A stretch of 64,000 bases of DNA from Candidatus Latescibacterota bacterium (GTDB lineage Bacteria; Krumholzibacteriota; Krumholzibacteriia; WVZY01; JAKEHA01). This document shows, piece after piece, positions 50,231 through 60,525 of this stretch. The notes under the pieces were generated by a model. It did no database searches, was not told the origin of the DNA, and was given only the letters and a program-made list of their open reading frames with translations. The translations under genes were made by a program, and so were the position numbers. Location: NCBI GenBank assembly GCA_963707635.1, contig OY970173.1:1184001-1248000 (forward strand), written 5' to 3'. Within the stretch, counting starts at the first letter, position 1, and each line of letters starts with the position of its first letter.

Positions 50231-51238
50231 ATGAAGCCTCTTCGCCCCGACCCTCGACCCGACTTCGATCCGCCGATCGTCGGCGCCTCCGCGGGCGCCC
50301 ATCGCCTGCGCGACCTGGTGCTCACACTCGCCGAATCCGACGTGAGCGTGCTGATCACCGGGGAGAGCGGCACCGGCAAGGAAGTGCTGGCGCGCAACCT
50401 CCATCGCTTTTCGCGCCGGCGGGACTCGGCGTTCGTGTCGGTCAACTGCGCGGCACTCGCGCCCGGCATCCTCGAGAGCGAGTTGTTCGGACACGATCGC
50501 GGGGCGTTCACCGGTGCCGTGCGCGCCCACGCGGGGTTGTTCGAGGAGGCCAACGGCGGGACCCTGTTCCTGGACGAAATCGGTGAGATTCCGCCGTACA
50601 TCCAGGCCAAACTGCTCCGCGTCCTCCAGGAGGGCGAGGTGCGGCGCATGGGCGAGGGTGGCGTGCGGCGGGTCGACGTTCGGCTCGTCAGCGCCACCAA
50701 CGCGAACCTCGCCGCCATGGTGGAGGAGGGTACCTTCCGCAAGGACCTGTTCTACCGTATCAACGTGGTCGATGCGCGGATTCCATCCTTGCGGGAACGG
50801 CGGGAGGACGTCGCCGGGCTGGTGGCGCACTTCTTCCAGCGCCGGGGGCTCGTGTGCCCGGAGATCCACGAGGAGGCGGCGCGCGTGATGATCGCCTACT
50901 CCTGGCCCGGCAACGTGCGCGAACTGGAGAACGAAGTGGAACGCATCGCCGCGCTCCACGGTACGCCGCGGGCCCTTACCGCCGACATGCTCTCGGAGCG
51001 GATCGTGAGCGACGCGACCGGGGCCGCTCTCGACGTCGCGCTGCTTTGCGAGGCACCGCTCGCGCGGGCGGTGAACCACCTGGAGGTGAACCTGCTCAAG
51101 AAGACCCTGGTCCAGACCAACTGGAACAAGTCGCAGACCGCACGCCGGCTCGGGCTCTCGCGCCAGGGCTTGCTCAAGAAGATCAAGCGCTACGGGATCG
51201 TGCGGGAGACGGCGGCGCGGGATGAATCGACGGTGTGA
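50231..51238 (+). CDS. sigma54-interacting activator lacking an N-terminal sensor domain
   Basis: [39 protein letters not shown] and HTH. Confidence 0.92.
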   Translation: MKPLRPDPRPDFDPPIVGASAGAHRLRDLVLTLAESDVSVLITGESGTGKEVLARNLHRFSRRRDSAFVSVNCAALAPGILESELFGHDRGAFTGAVRAHAGLFEEANGGTLFLDEIGEIPPYIQAKLLRVLQEGEVRRMGEGGVRRVDVRLVSATNANLAAMVEEGTFRKDLFYRINVVDARIPSLRERREDVAGLVAHFFQRRGLVCPEIHEEAARVMIAYSWPGNVRELENEVERIAALHGTPRALTADMLSERIVSDATGAALDVALLCEAPLARAVNHLEVNLLKKTLVQTNWNKSQTARRLGLSRQGLLKKIKRYGIVRETAARDESTV

Positions 51239-51252
51239 CGTGCGAACAAGGC

Positions 51253-51452
51253 GGCAGGCGATATATCGGACTCCGCGCTCATGCGCTCGCGCGCACAAGT
51301 TGGTATGCGCGACTCGCGAAATCGCGCTTCGCCCGATATATCGTCTGCCCCGTTCCAGGGCGGTGTGCGCTCCCTCAGACGCCAATCCGCAGTCGCGCAT
51401 TTCAAGAGTTTTGCGCGGGAGGACGGCGGCAGAGGGAGTGCACACCGCCCGC
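51253..51452. repeat. palindromic intergenic repeat copy 2 (module B 51253-51350 + module A 51358-51452), inverted relative to copy 1
   Basis: reverse complement of 35270-35464 with scattered substitutions. Confidence 0.9.
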
Positions 51453-51509
51453 ATGGATGGCGATAACACCGCGTGACAAGCCGCGGCGGCGTGCGCTACC
51501 ATGCCGGCT

Positions 51510-52529
51510 ATGGCGGCCGAAAAGACGCGAATCGCCGTGGTCGGGGCCGGGCACGTGGCCCAGGTCGCCCACATTCCTTCCTACCGCTCCAACCCCGACG
51601 CGGAGCTGGTCGCGATTGTCGACTACGACCCCGTGAAGGCCAAGCGCATCAAGGCGCAGTTCGGCTTCCACGAGTGGTACGACGACTTCAACACCATGCT
51701 GCGCAAGTCCAACGTCCACGCCGTCGACATCTGCACGCCGAACTATCTGCACGCCCCCATGGCCATCGCCGCGCTGCGCAGCGGCCGCGATGTCATGTGC
51801 GAGAAACCGATGGCGCGAAACGCGAAGGAAGCGCAGCAGATGGTGGACGCGGCCGAGTCGAACGACCGCATCCTGATGGTGGCGATGAACAACCGCTTCC
51901 GCGAAGATGCGCTCACCCTGCAGAAATTCGTCGGCGGCAACGAGCTGGGGGACATCAATATCGTCAAGGCCGGGTGGCTGCGCCACGCGACCGATTGGAA
52001 GGACCGCGCCTGGTTCACCGAGCGCGGCAAGGCCGGCGGCGGTGCGCTCCTGGACCTCGGCACCCCGCTCGTCGACCTCTCGATGTGGATTTCGGGATTG
52101 AAGAAAACCACCGGTGTTTCGTGCAGCGTGTTCGGCAAGAAGGGCAAGGACGCGGTCGAGGATTCCGCGTGCGCGATGGTGCGCTTTGCCGGCGGCGCGT
52201 GCCTGATGCTCGAGGTGAACTGGAACCTGCGCGACCCGCGCGACGTGGTCTACCTGCAGGTCTACGGCGCTCGGGGTGCGGGCGTGTTGAGCCCGCTCCA
52301 GGTCCACAAGTCGATCCAGGGCGTGCTGGTCAACGTCACCCCCGCGCTCGGCAAGCAGAAGAACTACTACAAGGACAGCTATCAGGCTGAAATCGATCAT
52401 TTCATCCAGTGCGTGCGCAAGCAGAAGGCACCGCTCACTTCCGGTAAGGACGCGCTCACCGTCATGAAGATAATGGACGCGATGTACGAGTCGGCGTCCA
52501 CCGGCAGGGAAGTCGAACTGACCGGATGA
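51510..52529 (+). CDS. Gfo/Idh/MocA family oxidoreductase
   Basis: VVGAG, ICTPN..H, CEKPMA and GGGALLDLG motifs; start at 51501 or 51510. Confidence 0.93.
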   Translation: MAAEKTRIAVVGAGHVAQVAHIPSYRSNPDAELVAIVDYDPVKAKRIKAQFGFHEWYDDFNTMLRKSNVHAVDICTPNYLHAPMAIAALRSGRDVMCEKPMARNAKEAQQMVDAAESNDRILMVAMNNRFREDALTLQKFVGGNELGDINIVKAGWLRHATDWKDRAWFTERGKAGGGALLDLGTPLVDLSMWISGLKKTTGVSCSVFGKKGKDAVEDSACAMVRFAGGACLMLEVNWNLRDPRDVVYLQVYGARGAGVLSPLQVHKSIQGVLVNVTPALGKQKNYYKDSYQAEIDHFIQCVRKQKAPLTSGKDALTVMKIMDAMYESASTGREVELTG

Positions 52530-54089
52530 AGTTCAAACCCCCGGGTCGGATCCTGCCACCGCTCCCGCTCATCCTCCCGGCCATCCTCTCGGGTGGTCTG
52601 GTCACGTTGTGTTTTCCGGTGGCGTCCCTGGGCCCGGTCTCGTTTCTCGCGCTGGCGCCGCTGTTCGCCGCGCTGCTGCGCCACCGGCCGGGGCGCCGCG
52701 ACGCGTTCCGCGCCGGCTTCCTGATGGGATCGACGTGCTTCGTCACCATGCTGTGGTGGATCGTGAAGCTGATCCCGTCGGCCGACGTCACCATTCCCGT
52801 GGCTCATGACGCCGGCGCTGCTCCTGCTCGTGTTGTATCTCTCGCTCTACCCGGCGTTTCACCTCCTTGTGCTCGCCGCGGTGACGCGCTGGCGCCCGAT
52901 AGCCTTCACCCTCGCCGCTCCGGCGGTGTGGGCGCTCTTCGAGGTCGCGCGCTCGCGCGGAGAGCTTGCGTTCCCGTGGGAGCTCCTCGGCTACACGCTC
53001 TCCGGTCACCCGTCGCTGATCCAGACCGCGGAGTTCTGGGGCGTGTACGGGTTGTCGTTCCTGATTGTGCTGGTCAACGCGCTGGTTGCGGTCGGAGTGG
53101 CCGTGCACGGCCCGCGCCCGCGCGCGATCTGCGGCCTGCTGGCGGGCATGATCGCGGCGGGGATCCTGCTCCAGGGCGGTCCCCGGGTGGAGCGGGAGCG
53201 CGCGCTGCGCGGGGAACGCCTGCGGATCGCGATCGCGCAACCCAACATCGATCTCGCCATCAAGTGGGTGCCGGAATTCAAGGATTCTTCATTCCGCCAG
53301 ATCGAGCGGCAGGCGGCGATCGCGCACGAGGAAAACGCCGAGCTGGTGGTGTTCCCGGAAACGTGCGCGCCCATGTACGTCGAGAACGACCCGCGGCAGA
53401 AGGCCCGGCTCCGGGATCTCGCGCGCTCGCTGGGGATGCCGGTCTTCCTCGGGTTTCTGGACCACCGATTCGACGGCCCCAATCACGCGCTCAACATCTA
53501 CAACTCGTCGGGGGTGTTTCGCGCGGACGGCGAGCTGGAGAAATACGACAAGCGCCACCTGCTGCCGTTCGGCGAAGCGCTGCCGCTGAGCACGCGCTGG
53601 CGCTGGCTGCGCAAGGTCCAGTTCGGCCAGGCCAATTTTCAGCCGGGACCCCCGCGGCGTCCGCTGGACACGGGGGCGGCGCGCATCACGCCGCTTATCT
53701 GTTTTGAATCGGTGTTTCCCGAACTGTGCCGGGACGGCGTGCGCGCCGGCGCGCAGTTGTTCGTCAACATCACCAACGACGGGTGGTTCGGAGACACGCC
53801 GGGGCCGTATCAGCACGCCCAGATGTGCATCCTGCGCACGGTCGAGTTCAGACGCTACCTCGTCCGCAGCGCCAACAGCGGGGTCTCCATGGTGGTGAAC
53901 CCCGCCGGAGAGGTAACGCACACGATCGGGCTCTACCAGGCGGAGGTGCTGACCACCGAGGTCGAGCTCCTCTCCGGGGAGACGTTCTACTCGCGCCATG
54001 GGGACGCGCCGCTCGTGGCCGGCTCGTTGTTGATCGTGCTGTCCGCCGGTTTCCTCGCGCGGCGGCGTACGGGAGCGACGGCGCCGTAG
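52526..54089 (+). CDS. lnt: apolipoprotein N-acyltransferase (+1 frameshift ~52798)
   Basis: FPW..LGY, QPNI, FPET, YNS, YDKRHLLPFGE, LICFE, TNDGWF and RSANSG motifs. Confidence 0.93.
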
Positions 54090-54105
54090 CCTTCCGGGCA
54101 CGGCC

Positions 54106-54134
54106 TTGTGCGGGGCCCGCCAGGCGGGTATGAT
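54106..54134 (+). promoter_or_regulatory. putative sigma70 promoter for panD
   Basis: TTGTGC-17-TATGAT. Confidence 0.5.
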
Positions 54135-54161
54135 ACGGGGCGGAGGCAAACGGGAACGCCC

Positions 54162-54527
54162 ATGGAGCTGCTGCTTCTCAAATCCAAGATTCACCAGGCG
54201 ACCGTGACGGGGGTCGATATGCACTACGAGGGCAGCATCGTGGTCGATACCGCCCTCATGGACGAAGTCGGCCTGCACCGGTGGGAGAAGGTGCTCGTCG
54301 CCAACATGAACACCGGCGACCGCTTCGAGACCTACGTCATCCCCGCGCCGGCGCGTTCGGGGCGCATCGAGCTCAACGGCGCCACCGCCCGGCTGGGCCA
54401 GATCGGGGACCGCGTCATCATATTCTCGTTCGCCGCCTACACGGAGGCGGAAGCGCGCACCCACGCGCCCCGGATCGTCCAGCTCGACGAAGAGAACCGC
54501 GTGGTGCGCCGCTCGTTCGCGGCGTAG
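54162..54527 (+). CDS. panD: aspartate 1-decarboxylase
   Basis: KSKIHQATVT, YEGSI autocleavage site, RFETY and NGATAR motifs. Confidence 0.95.
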   Translation: MELLLLKSKIHQATVTGVDMHYEGSIVVDTALMDEVGLHRWEKVLVANMNTGDRFETYVIPAPARSGRIELNGATARLGQIGDRVIIFSFAAYTEAEARTHAPRIVQLDEENRVVRRSFAA

Positions 54528-54556
54528 GCGACTCCTTCGACGCGGCGTCTCAATTC

Positions 54557-55753
54557 ATGACTGAGAAAACCTACCTCGAAGAGCCCTATCAGACGGCGTT
54601 CGAGGCGAAGGTCGTTTCATCGCGCGGGCTGCCGGACGGTTCGGGGCACGCGGTCGTGCTCGATCGGACGCTCTTCTACCCCGAGTCCGGGGGGCAGCTC
54701 GCGGACGCCGGGACCCTCGGCGCCGGGCGCGTGACCGACGTGCAGGAAGGGGAAGACGAAACCGTGGTCCACACCGTGGCGGGGGCGGAGCCGGCCGCCG
54801 GCGTGGTGCGGGGCGCCATCGACTGGGCGCGCCGATTCGACCACATGCAGCAGCACACGGGGCAGCACGTCCTCTCGCGCGCGTTCATCGAGACAGCAAG
54901 CCTGCACACGGTGTCGTTCCACATGGGGGACGAGACGTGCACGATCGACCTCGAGGGCGCGGGCTTCGACGAACGCGCGCTGGTGCGCGCCGAGGACCTC
55001 GCCAATCGCATCGTCGAGGAGAACCGGCCGATCGATGTGGCGACCATGCCGGTCGAGGCGCTCGACGCCCTCGACTTGCGCCGCAAGGTCCCCGAAGGGG
55101 TCCGCATCGCCCGCGTGGTGTCGGTGCACGACTTCGATTCGATACCGTGTTGCGGCACCCACGTGCGCTCGACGGGCGAACTCGGGCTGGTCAAGGTGTT
55201 GAAGAGCGAGAAGGTCCGCAACAGTCAGCGCGTCCACTTCAAGGTGGGGCGGCGCGCGCTCGACGACTATCGCGAGAAGCACGCGGTGGTGCAGTCGCTG
55301 GCCGGCCGGTTGACCACCGCGCCCGCCGACGTGGCGGCGCGGGTCGAACGGCTGGTCGAGGAAACGCAGGCGGGGGCGAAGCGGACCAGGACGCTGCTCC
55401 AGCGCCTGGCGGCGGCAGAAAAACCCCGGCTGCTGGGCGAGGCGGCGCGAGTGGGCGCGCATCGCGTGGTGGTGTTCCGGGACGCCGACCCGGCCTACAT
55501 CCGCGCACTCGCCGGCGAGTTTCAGGCCGAGACGGGAGTGGTCGCGATTCTGGGCGCCGCCGATGGGTCGGTGGTGTGCGCGGCCTCGCGCGACCTGACC
55601 CTCGACCTCGCCGCCGACGTGGCCGCGATCGCGCGCGAGCTCGGCGGCAGCGGCGGCGGCAAGGGAGGGTTCGCGCAGCTGAAGGTCGACGCGGCCCGGG
55701 TAGACGAACTGTTACGGAGGATCGACGCCCATGTACGAACCCGACTGGCGTAA
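54557..55753 (+). CDS. alanyl-tRNA editing protein (AlaX-like, with DHHA1 domain)
   Basis: FYPESGGQ, MQQHTGQH, CCGTHV and GGSGGGK motifs. Confidence 0.9.
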   Translation: MTEKTYLEEPYQTAFEAKVVSSRGLPDGSGHAVVLDRTLFYPESGGQLADAGTLGAGRVTDVQEGEDETVVHTVAGAEPAAGVVRGAIDWARRFDHMQQHTGQHVLSRAFIETASLHTVSFHMGDETCTIDLEGAGFDERALVRAEDLANRIVEENRPIDVATMPVEALDALDLRRKVPEGVRIARVVSVHDFDSIPCCGTHVRSTGELGLVKVLKSEKVRNSQRVHFKVGRRALDDYREKHAVVQSLAGRLTTAPADVAARVERLVEETQAGAKRTRTLLQRLAAAEKPRLLGEAARVGAHRVVVFRDADPAYIRALAGEFQAETGVVAILGAADGSVVCAASRDLTLDLAADVAAIARELGGSGGGKGGFAQLKVDAARVDELLRRIDAHVRTRLA

Positions 55754-56483
55754 CCAGGTGGCAGTGTGGGCCGCGGTCGCGTGCGCCGCTGGCACGATGG
55801 CGGCGACCCCGATGCACGCGCAGAAGGCCGTGAAGCTGCTGGCGACGTCGAAGTCGACGTTCAAAATCGTTCAGGGCGACCACGAGGCCGGCAAGGAGTC
55901 CTTCGAGCGCCGGACCTACAGCAACAACACCATCGTGATCCAGGGAAACGTCTTGCTCGAGCCGGGGCCCGATGTGCGCGTGAACGACAAGATCGACCTC
56001 ACGCTGGAAGAAGAGTCGTATTTCCCGCGGTCGCTTCAAAGCGTCCGAACCGTGACCCGTGGCACCGAGTCGTTCGACCACAAGATCAGCGTGGAAATGT
56101 TCGCGAACGTCGCGGTGATCGGAAGCGAGATACGCGGGCTCGGGGACACGCGTCGTGTCATCGTACCGACGGGACTCGCCCTGCAGAGCGTCGGACCGGT
56201 GTTGTATTGGTATCAAACGTTGTTCTGGTACGACCGCGAGCTGGGCGGGCGCCAGCGATTCCAGTGGCTCGACCCCACGACGGGTGCGGTGGGCTCGGGC
56301 GAAATCCGGCTGGTGCGCGAAGACACGCTGAACGTGATGGGGAAAAAGACGAAGGTCTCGGTGTTTTCCGCGGAGCGCGAGGGGATGGACGAGGCGGCCC
56401 TCTACGTGAACGCCAAGGGGCTCATCGTCAAGTGCGAGCAGAACCTGTCGACGTTCGAACTCGTGGAACAATCGGATAACTGA
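55731..56483 (+). CDS. hypothetical exported beta-rich protein
   Basis: GGAGG RBS, signal-like N-terminus, operonic position. Confidence 0.7.
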   Translation: MYEPDWRNQVAVWAAVACAAGTMAATPMHAQKAVKLLATSKSTFKIVQGDHEAGKESFERRTYSNNTIVIQGNVLLEPGPDVRVNDKIDLTLEEESYFPRSLQSVRTVTRGTESFDHKISVEMFANVAVIGSEIRGLGDTRRVIVPTGLALQSVGPVLYWYQTLFWYDRELGGRQRFQWLDPTTGAVGSGEIRLVREDTLNVMGKKTKVSVFSAEREGMDEAALYVNAKGLIVKCEQNLSTFELVEQSDN

Positions 56484-56498
56484 CCAACGGAGTCCAAC

Positions 56499-57779
56499 AT
56501 GAACTGGAGTATGAAGGTAGTTGCATTTGCAGGGCTGGTTTTCGCGGCGGCGCTGGCGTCGTGCGGGAAGCAGGGGGCGCGGTACGACGTGAATCTGCTC
56601 AAGAACAGCTCATTCGAGACGATCGCCTCCGACGGACTTCCGGAGGGATGGGTGCTCGAGCCCTTCCGCGGCGACGAGAATCAGTCGGAGGTCCAGTACG
56701 GAAACGACGGCAACGTCCACATCGACGGCCAGAACGCCTGGTACTTCCGCGGTGATCCGGGGACGCGCCGCTGGTACATGCTCTCGCAGGAAGTGCAGGT
56801 CCCGGAAGGATCCGACCGCATCCGGATCCAGGGATGGATCCAGACCGACGGCACGCGGATGGCGGGCGACCAGTTCATGCAGGCCAATTATCTGCTCACC
56901 TTCTACGATGAGAAACGCCAGCGCTTTCACGCGGAGCGCATCGCCGATCAGCGCACCCCGTTCCGACACGGCACCAACCCGTGGATGGAGGAAGACCAGC
57001 AATACCGTCTACCGCCCGGCACCAAATTCGTAAAGGTATCGTGCGTTCTCGGAGCAAACGGCCAGGTCTGGTTCGACAAAGTCGCGCTGTCTGTGCTGAC
57101 GCCGATTCATTGGGAGACGGCGACCACCGAGAATTTCGTGTTTCACTGGCTCCCCGGTCACCCAATGCCGGAAGGCGCGCCGCAGGCGCAGCAGCAGATC
57201 TTCGACTACATCGATTCGCGCCTCGACCTCAAGAGCAAGCTGGTGATCGGCTACTATTTCTACCCCGACACAGCGACCATCCGGCAGATGTTGAATACCA
57301 AGGCGTATCAGCAGGTGAACTGGGAGAGCGCGGAGATTCACTCCATCAACGCGAACGACAATCATGAGGTCGTCCACCTGATGACGGACACGCTTGGGCG
57401 GCCGCCCCAGGCGATCACGGAGGGAACGGTGTACTGGATCCAGGACGAGTGGAACGGCAAGCCGATCGTGGACTGCATGCGGGAACTCGCCGACAGGCGA
57501 ATGATCCCCACGCTCGCCAGCTTGCTCGACGCCGCAGTATTCGCGAGAGCAGACCCAAACCTCACCATGCCCGCATCCGCATCGTTCGTCGGGTTCCTGG
57601 TGAAGCGCTGGGGACCGGGCAATCTCATCAGCCTCTACAGCGCGCTGGACGGGGCCAAAGACTTCGAGACGGTGGCTCCCGCGTTCGAAAAGGTCTACGG
57701 GCTCCCAATGCCGCAGATCGAGGACGCGTGGCGCCGGGCACTGGCCGCCGAACTCAGCCCCTCCGCCGGCGCCAAATGA
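56499..57779 (+). CDS. lipoprotein: carbohydrate-binding-like domain + HEXXH peptidase-like domain
   Basis: lipobox LASC; NLLKNSSFE...W...FDKV; HEVVH...ITEG. Confidence 0.75.
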   Translation: MNWSMKVVAFAGLVFAAALASCGKQGARYDVNLLKNSSFETIASDGLPEGWVLEPFRGDENQSEVQYGNDGNVHIDGQNAWYFRGDPGTRRWYMLSQEVQVPEGSDRIRIQGWIQTDGTRMAGDQFMQANYLLTFYDEKRQRFHAERIADQRTPFRHGTNPWMEEDQQYRLPPGTKFVKVSCVLGANGQVWFDKVALSVLTPIHWETATTENFVFHWLPGHPMPEGAPQAQQQIFDYIDSRLDLKSKLVIGYYFYPDTATIRQMLNTKAYQQVNWESAEIHSINANDNHEVVHLMTDTLGRPPQAITEGTVYWIQDEWNGKPIVDCMRELADRRMIPTLASLLDAAVFARADPNLTMPASASFVGFLVKRWGPGNLISLYSALDGAKDFETVAPAFEKVYGLPMPQIEDAWRRALAAELSPSAGAK

Positions 57780-58279
57780 GCGACGACATTCGTTTCTGCT
57801 CGCGCTGCGGAGGCCCGATGTCCCAGAAGCGCGTCGACGATCGTGTGCGGGCGGTCTGCGATCGCTGCGGTTTCGTCGCCTACCGAAACCCGGCGCCCGC
57901 GGCGGGCGTGATACTGGTCGAAGACAACGGCGTGTTGCTGGTCCAGCGAAAATTCGAGCCCCGGCGCGGGCTATGGACGTTGCCGGCGGGTTTCGTGGAG
58001 TACGACGAGTACGTTGCCGATTGCGCCGTGCGCGAGACTCGGGAAGAGACCAACCTGGATGTGGAATTGGGGCCACTCTTCGGCGCCTACATGGCCATGG
58101 ACGACCCGCGGGTCCAGGTGGTGCTGTTGTTGTACACGTGCCGCCGCGTCGGGGGGGAGCTTCGAGCCGGCGACGACGCCATCGAGGCTCGCTTCTTTCC
58201 GCTGGACGCGGCGCTGCCCCCGATTGCCTTCAAGGCCCACGAACAGGCACTCGCTGACTTTCGCCGCACTCGCGTGTAG
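57776..58279 (+). CDS. NUDIX hydrolase with N-terminal zinc ribbon
   Basis: FCSRCG...CDRCG, YRNP and LPAGFVE...RETREETNL Nudix box. Confidence 0.92.
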   Translation: MSDDIRFCSRCGGPMSQKRVDDRVRAVCDRCGFVAYRNPAPAAGVILVEDNGVLLVQRKFEPRRGLWTLPAGFVEYDEYVADCAVRETREETNLDVELGPLFGAYMAMDDPRVQVVLLLYTCRRVGGELRAGDDAIEARFFPLDAALPPIAFKAHEQALADFRRTRV

Positions 58280-58282
58280 ATT

Positions 58283-58381
58283 GGGCAGACGATATATCGG
58301 ACTCCGCGCTCACGCGCTCGCGCGCACAAGTTGACACGCGCGACTCGCGAGATCGCGCTTCGCCCGACATATCGTCCGCCC
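58283..58381. repeat. palindromic intergenic repeat copy 3 (module B only)
   Basis: GGGCAGACGATATATCGG...CCGACATATCGTCCGCCC; fills the gap between convergent genes. Confidence 0.88.
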
Positions 58382-58387
58382 CGCTGA

Positions 58388-60379
58388 TTACTCGAGGATC
58401 TTCACGTCGAACGTATCCGCCTGGTCGAGCTTCCACACCGTATCCATCCCGTTGGTCACCCGCCCGAAGACCGTGTAGCGGCCGTCCAGGTGCGGCTGGG
58501 GCGAGAGCGTGATGAACCACTGGCAGCTCCCGGTGTCCTTGCCCGCGTCGGCGATGCCGAGCACGCCTTCCATGTAGCGGTGCGGCGAGACCTCGGCGGG
58601 AATCGCAAAGCCCGCGTCGCCGGAGCCGTCACCGCGCGGGTCGCCGCCCTGCACGACGAAGTTCGGGACCACGCGATGGAGGGTGAGCCCCTTGTAGAAA
58701 CCTTCCTTGGCCAGTTTCACGAACGTCGCGACGGTCTGGATTGCGTCGTCGCCGAACAGTTCGACATCGATGTTGCCGTGCTTGGTGGTGATGACGGCGC
58801 GAACGATCCCGCGCGGCGGCGCCAGGGCCTTTCGGCGTGAGCGGTCGAACGCCGCCTCGTGAAACTGCCGGTCGGCGGGTATCGGCGGGGGCTGCAGCCC
58901 CAGCTTGGTGATCGCTTCGACTGCGGCGGAGCGCACGCGGGGGTCCTCGTGGCGGGTCGCGTGAAACAGCAGACTGTCCGCCGCTGTGACGCCCATCTCG
59001 CCGAGCACGTGGATCACTTCGATCTTGAGGTCGACGAACTCGCGTTCGTCGTGTGCGTCGTAGGCCTGCATCAACGCCGGCGCCGCGTCGCGGAACTCCT
59101 GCGCGCCGATCGCCTCGGCCGCCGCGGTCGCCACCGTGAAGTCGGGGTCGCGCAATGCGGGGACGAGCAGCGGCGGGACGGACTCGTCCTTCAGTTTCCC
59201 GAGGGCGCCCACCGCGGCCGCGCGCATCATCGGGTCGTTGTCCGAGTGGGCGATCTTCTCCAGCTCCTTGACCCGGGTCGTGATCCCGGCGCTCCCGTAG
59301 CACGCAATCGCTTCCGCCCGCACGAGCCGTTCCCCGTCGCGCCGCATCTGGTCGCAGTACATCTCGCTGTTCGTCCCCAGCGAGGCCGCCATCGCGCGGA
59401 TCGAATGGATGCGGACCATCGTGCTGCGGTCCAGGAGGCCCTGCATGAGGGCGTCGCGCGCGCTCTTCTGGCCGATGTTCTCCAGCGCCATGGCGGCCTG
59501 GGCGCGCGCGTGTTGGGAGGCGTGTGTCATCAGCACGTCGCCGAGGGGCTGGATCGCGTCGTGGGACTTGATCTCGCCGAGCGCGCGGGCCGCGTTGACC
59601 ACCACCCGCAGGTCCTTGTCCTTCAGCGCCGCGATCAGCGCCTTCGTGGCCCCCGCGCACGCGAGCTTGCCGAGGGTGCGCGCCGCGTACGCGCGCACCA
59701 GCGGGTCCTTGCTTTCCAGGAAGTCGGTCACGGTGTCGCACGTGCGCGGCAACGCGTCCTGCTTCTCGAGCGCATAGATGGCGCGCCACGCGACCCCCGC
59801 GTCCGGGTCGTGTACGGCCAGCAGCAGGGAGTTGGCCGCCGCCGGATCCTTGCAGCGCGCGAGCGCCAGCGCCGCTTCGGCACGCGGCCCCGCGTTGAAG
59901 TCGCGCAAGAGATCCGTCAGGCACACGATCGCCTCCTCGCCGCCGATTTTTCCCAACGCCTCGGCGAAATGCGGGAGCTCGGCCGGCAGGGCCGCCGCGC
60001 GCGCCTTGACCAGCGGAGCCACGGCGTCGCGGTTGCCGAGCTGGCCGAGCGTGAAGACAGCCGACCGCCGCACTTCGGGACGGCGGTCGCCCAGCGATGG
60101 GATCACCTTCGGCGCGTCGCTCGGATCCTGGATCCGGCCGATGGCTTCGAGCACGCGAACCCGCACCAGCGGAGTGCCTTCCGCCAGGTACTCGAACAGT
60201 TTTCCGTCTCCGGTCACACGCTGCTCTTCCCACAACGCGATGTTCTTGAGCGTGTCCTGACCCGAGGTGGTCGATAGCAGGGGCGCGTACCGGCTCGACG
60301 CGCCCCGAGCGGGCGACATCGAAAGCACGAGCCCGACGGCAAAATACCAGGAGAGACTCCGTGCGAGTTTGGTGTTCAT
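58388..60379 (-). CDS. exported HEAT-repeat protein fused to a cyclophilin-type PPIase
   Basis: signal peptide; repeated L.D....VR..AA.ALG; HRVVPNFVVQGGDP and QPHLDGRYTVFGRV motifs. Confidence 0.9.
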   Translation of the reverse strand: MNTKLARSLSWYFAVGLVLSMSPARGASSRYAPLLSTTSGQDTLKNIALWEEQRVTGDGKLFEYLAEGTPLVRVRVLEAIGRIQDPSDAPKVIPSLGDRRPEVRRSAVFTLGQLGNRDAVAPLVKARAAALPAELPHFAEALGKIGGEEAIVCLTDLLRDFNAGPRAEAALALARCKDPAAANSLLLAVHDPDAGVAWRAIYALEKQDALPRTCDTVTDFLESKDPLVRAYAARTLGKLACAGATKALIAALKDKDLRVVVNAARALGEIKSHDAIQPLGDVLMTHASQHARAQAAMALENIGQKSARDALMQGLLDRSTMVRIHSIRAMAASLGTNSEMYCDQMRRDGERLVRAEAIACYGSAGITTRVKELEKIAHSDNDPMMRAAAVGALGKLKDESVPPLLVPALRDPDFTVATAAAEAIGAQEFRDAAPALMQAYDAHDEREFVDLKIEVIHVLGEMGVTAADSLLFHATRHEDPRVRSAAVEAITKLGLQPPPIPADRQFHEAAFDRSRRKALAPPRGIVRAVITTKHGNIDVELFGDDAIQTVATFVKLAKEGFYKGLTLHRVVPNFVVQGGDPRGDGSGDAGFAIPAEVSPHRYMEGVLGIADAGKDTGSCQWFITLSPQPHLDGRYTVFGRVTNGMDTVWKLDQADTFDVKILE

Positions 60380-60525
60380 GGCGCGATGCTTCCACCGATC
60401 CACGCCGGTGTCAACACTCGTGTGCGGCCCGCCCGGGCGTTCGCGCGTCCTGGTTGTGCGGGCGCCCCCCCGCGCGGTATTCTGGTCGTGCCGGCGCGTC
60501 CGCAAGCGAGCGCCGTGAGCACCCG

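Noticed and set aside
35270..58381. Repeats as a CRISPR array or as a shared protein domain at ORF ends
   Set aside because: They are dispersed ~100-200-bp palindromes with no spacers or cas genes. The recurring peptides (e.g. GADDISGEAR) are read-through translations of the DNA repeat.
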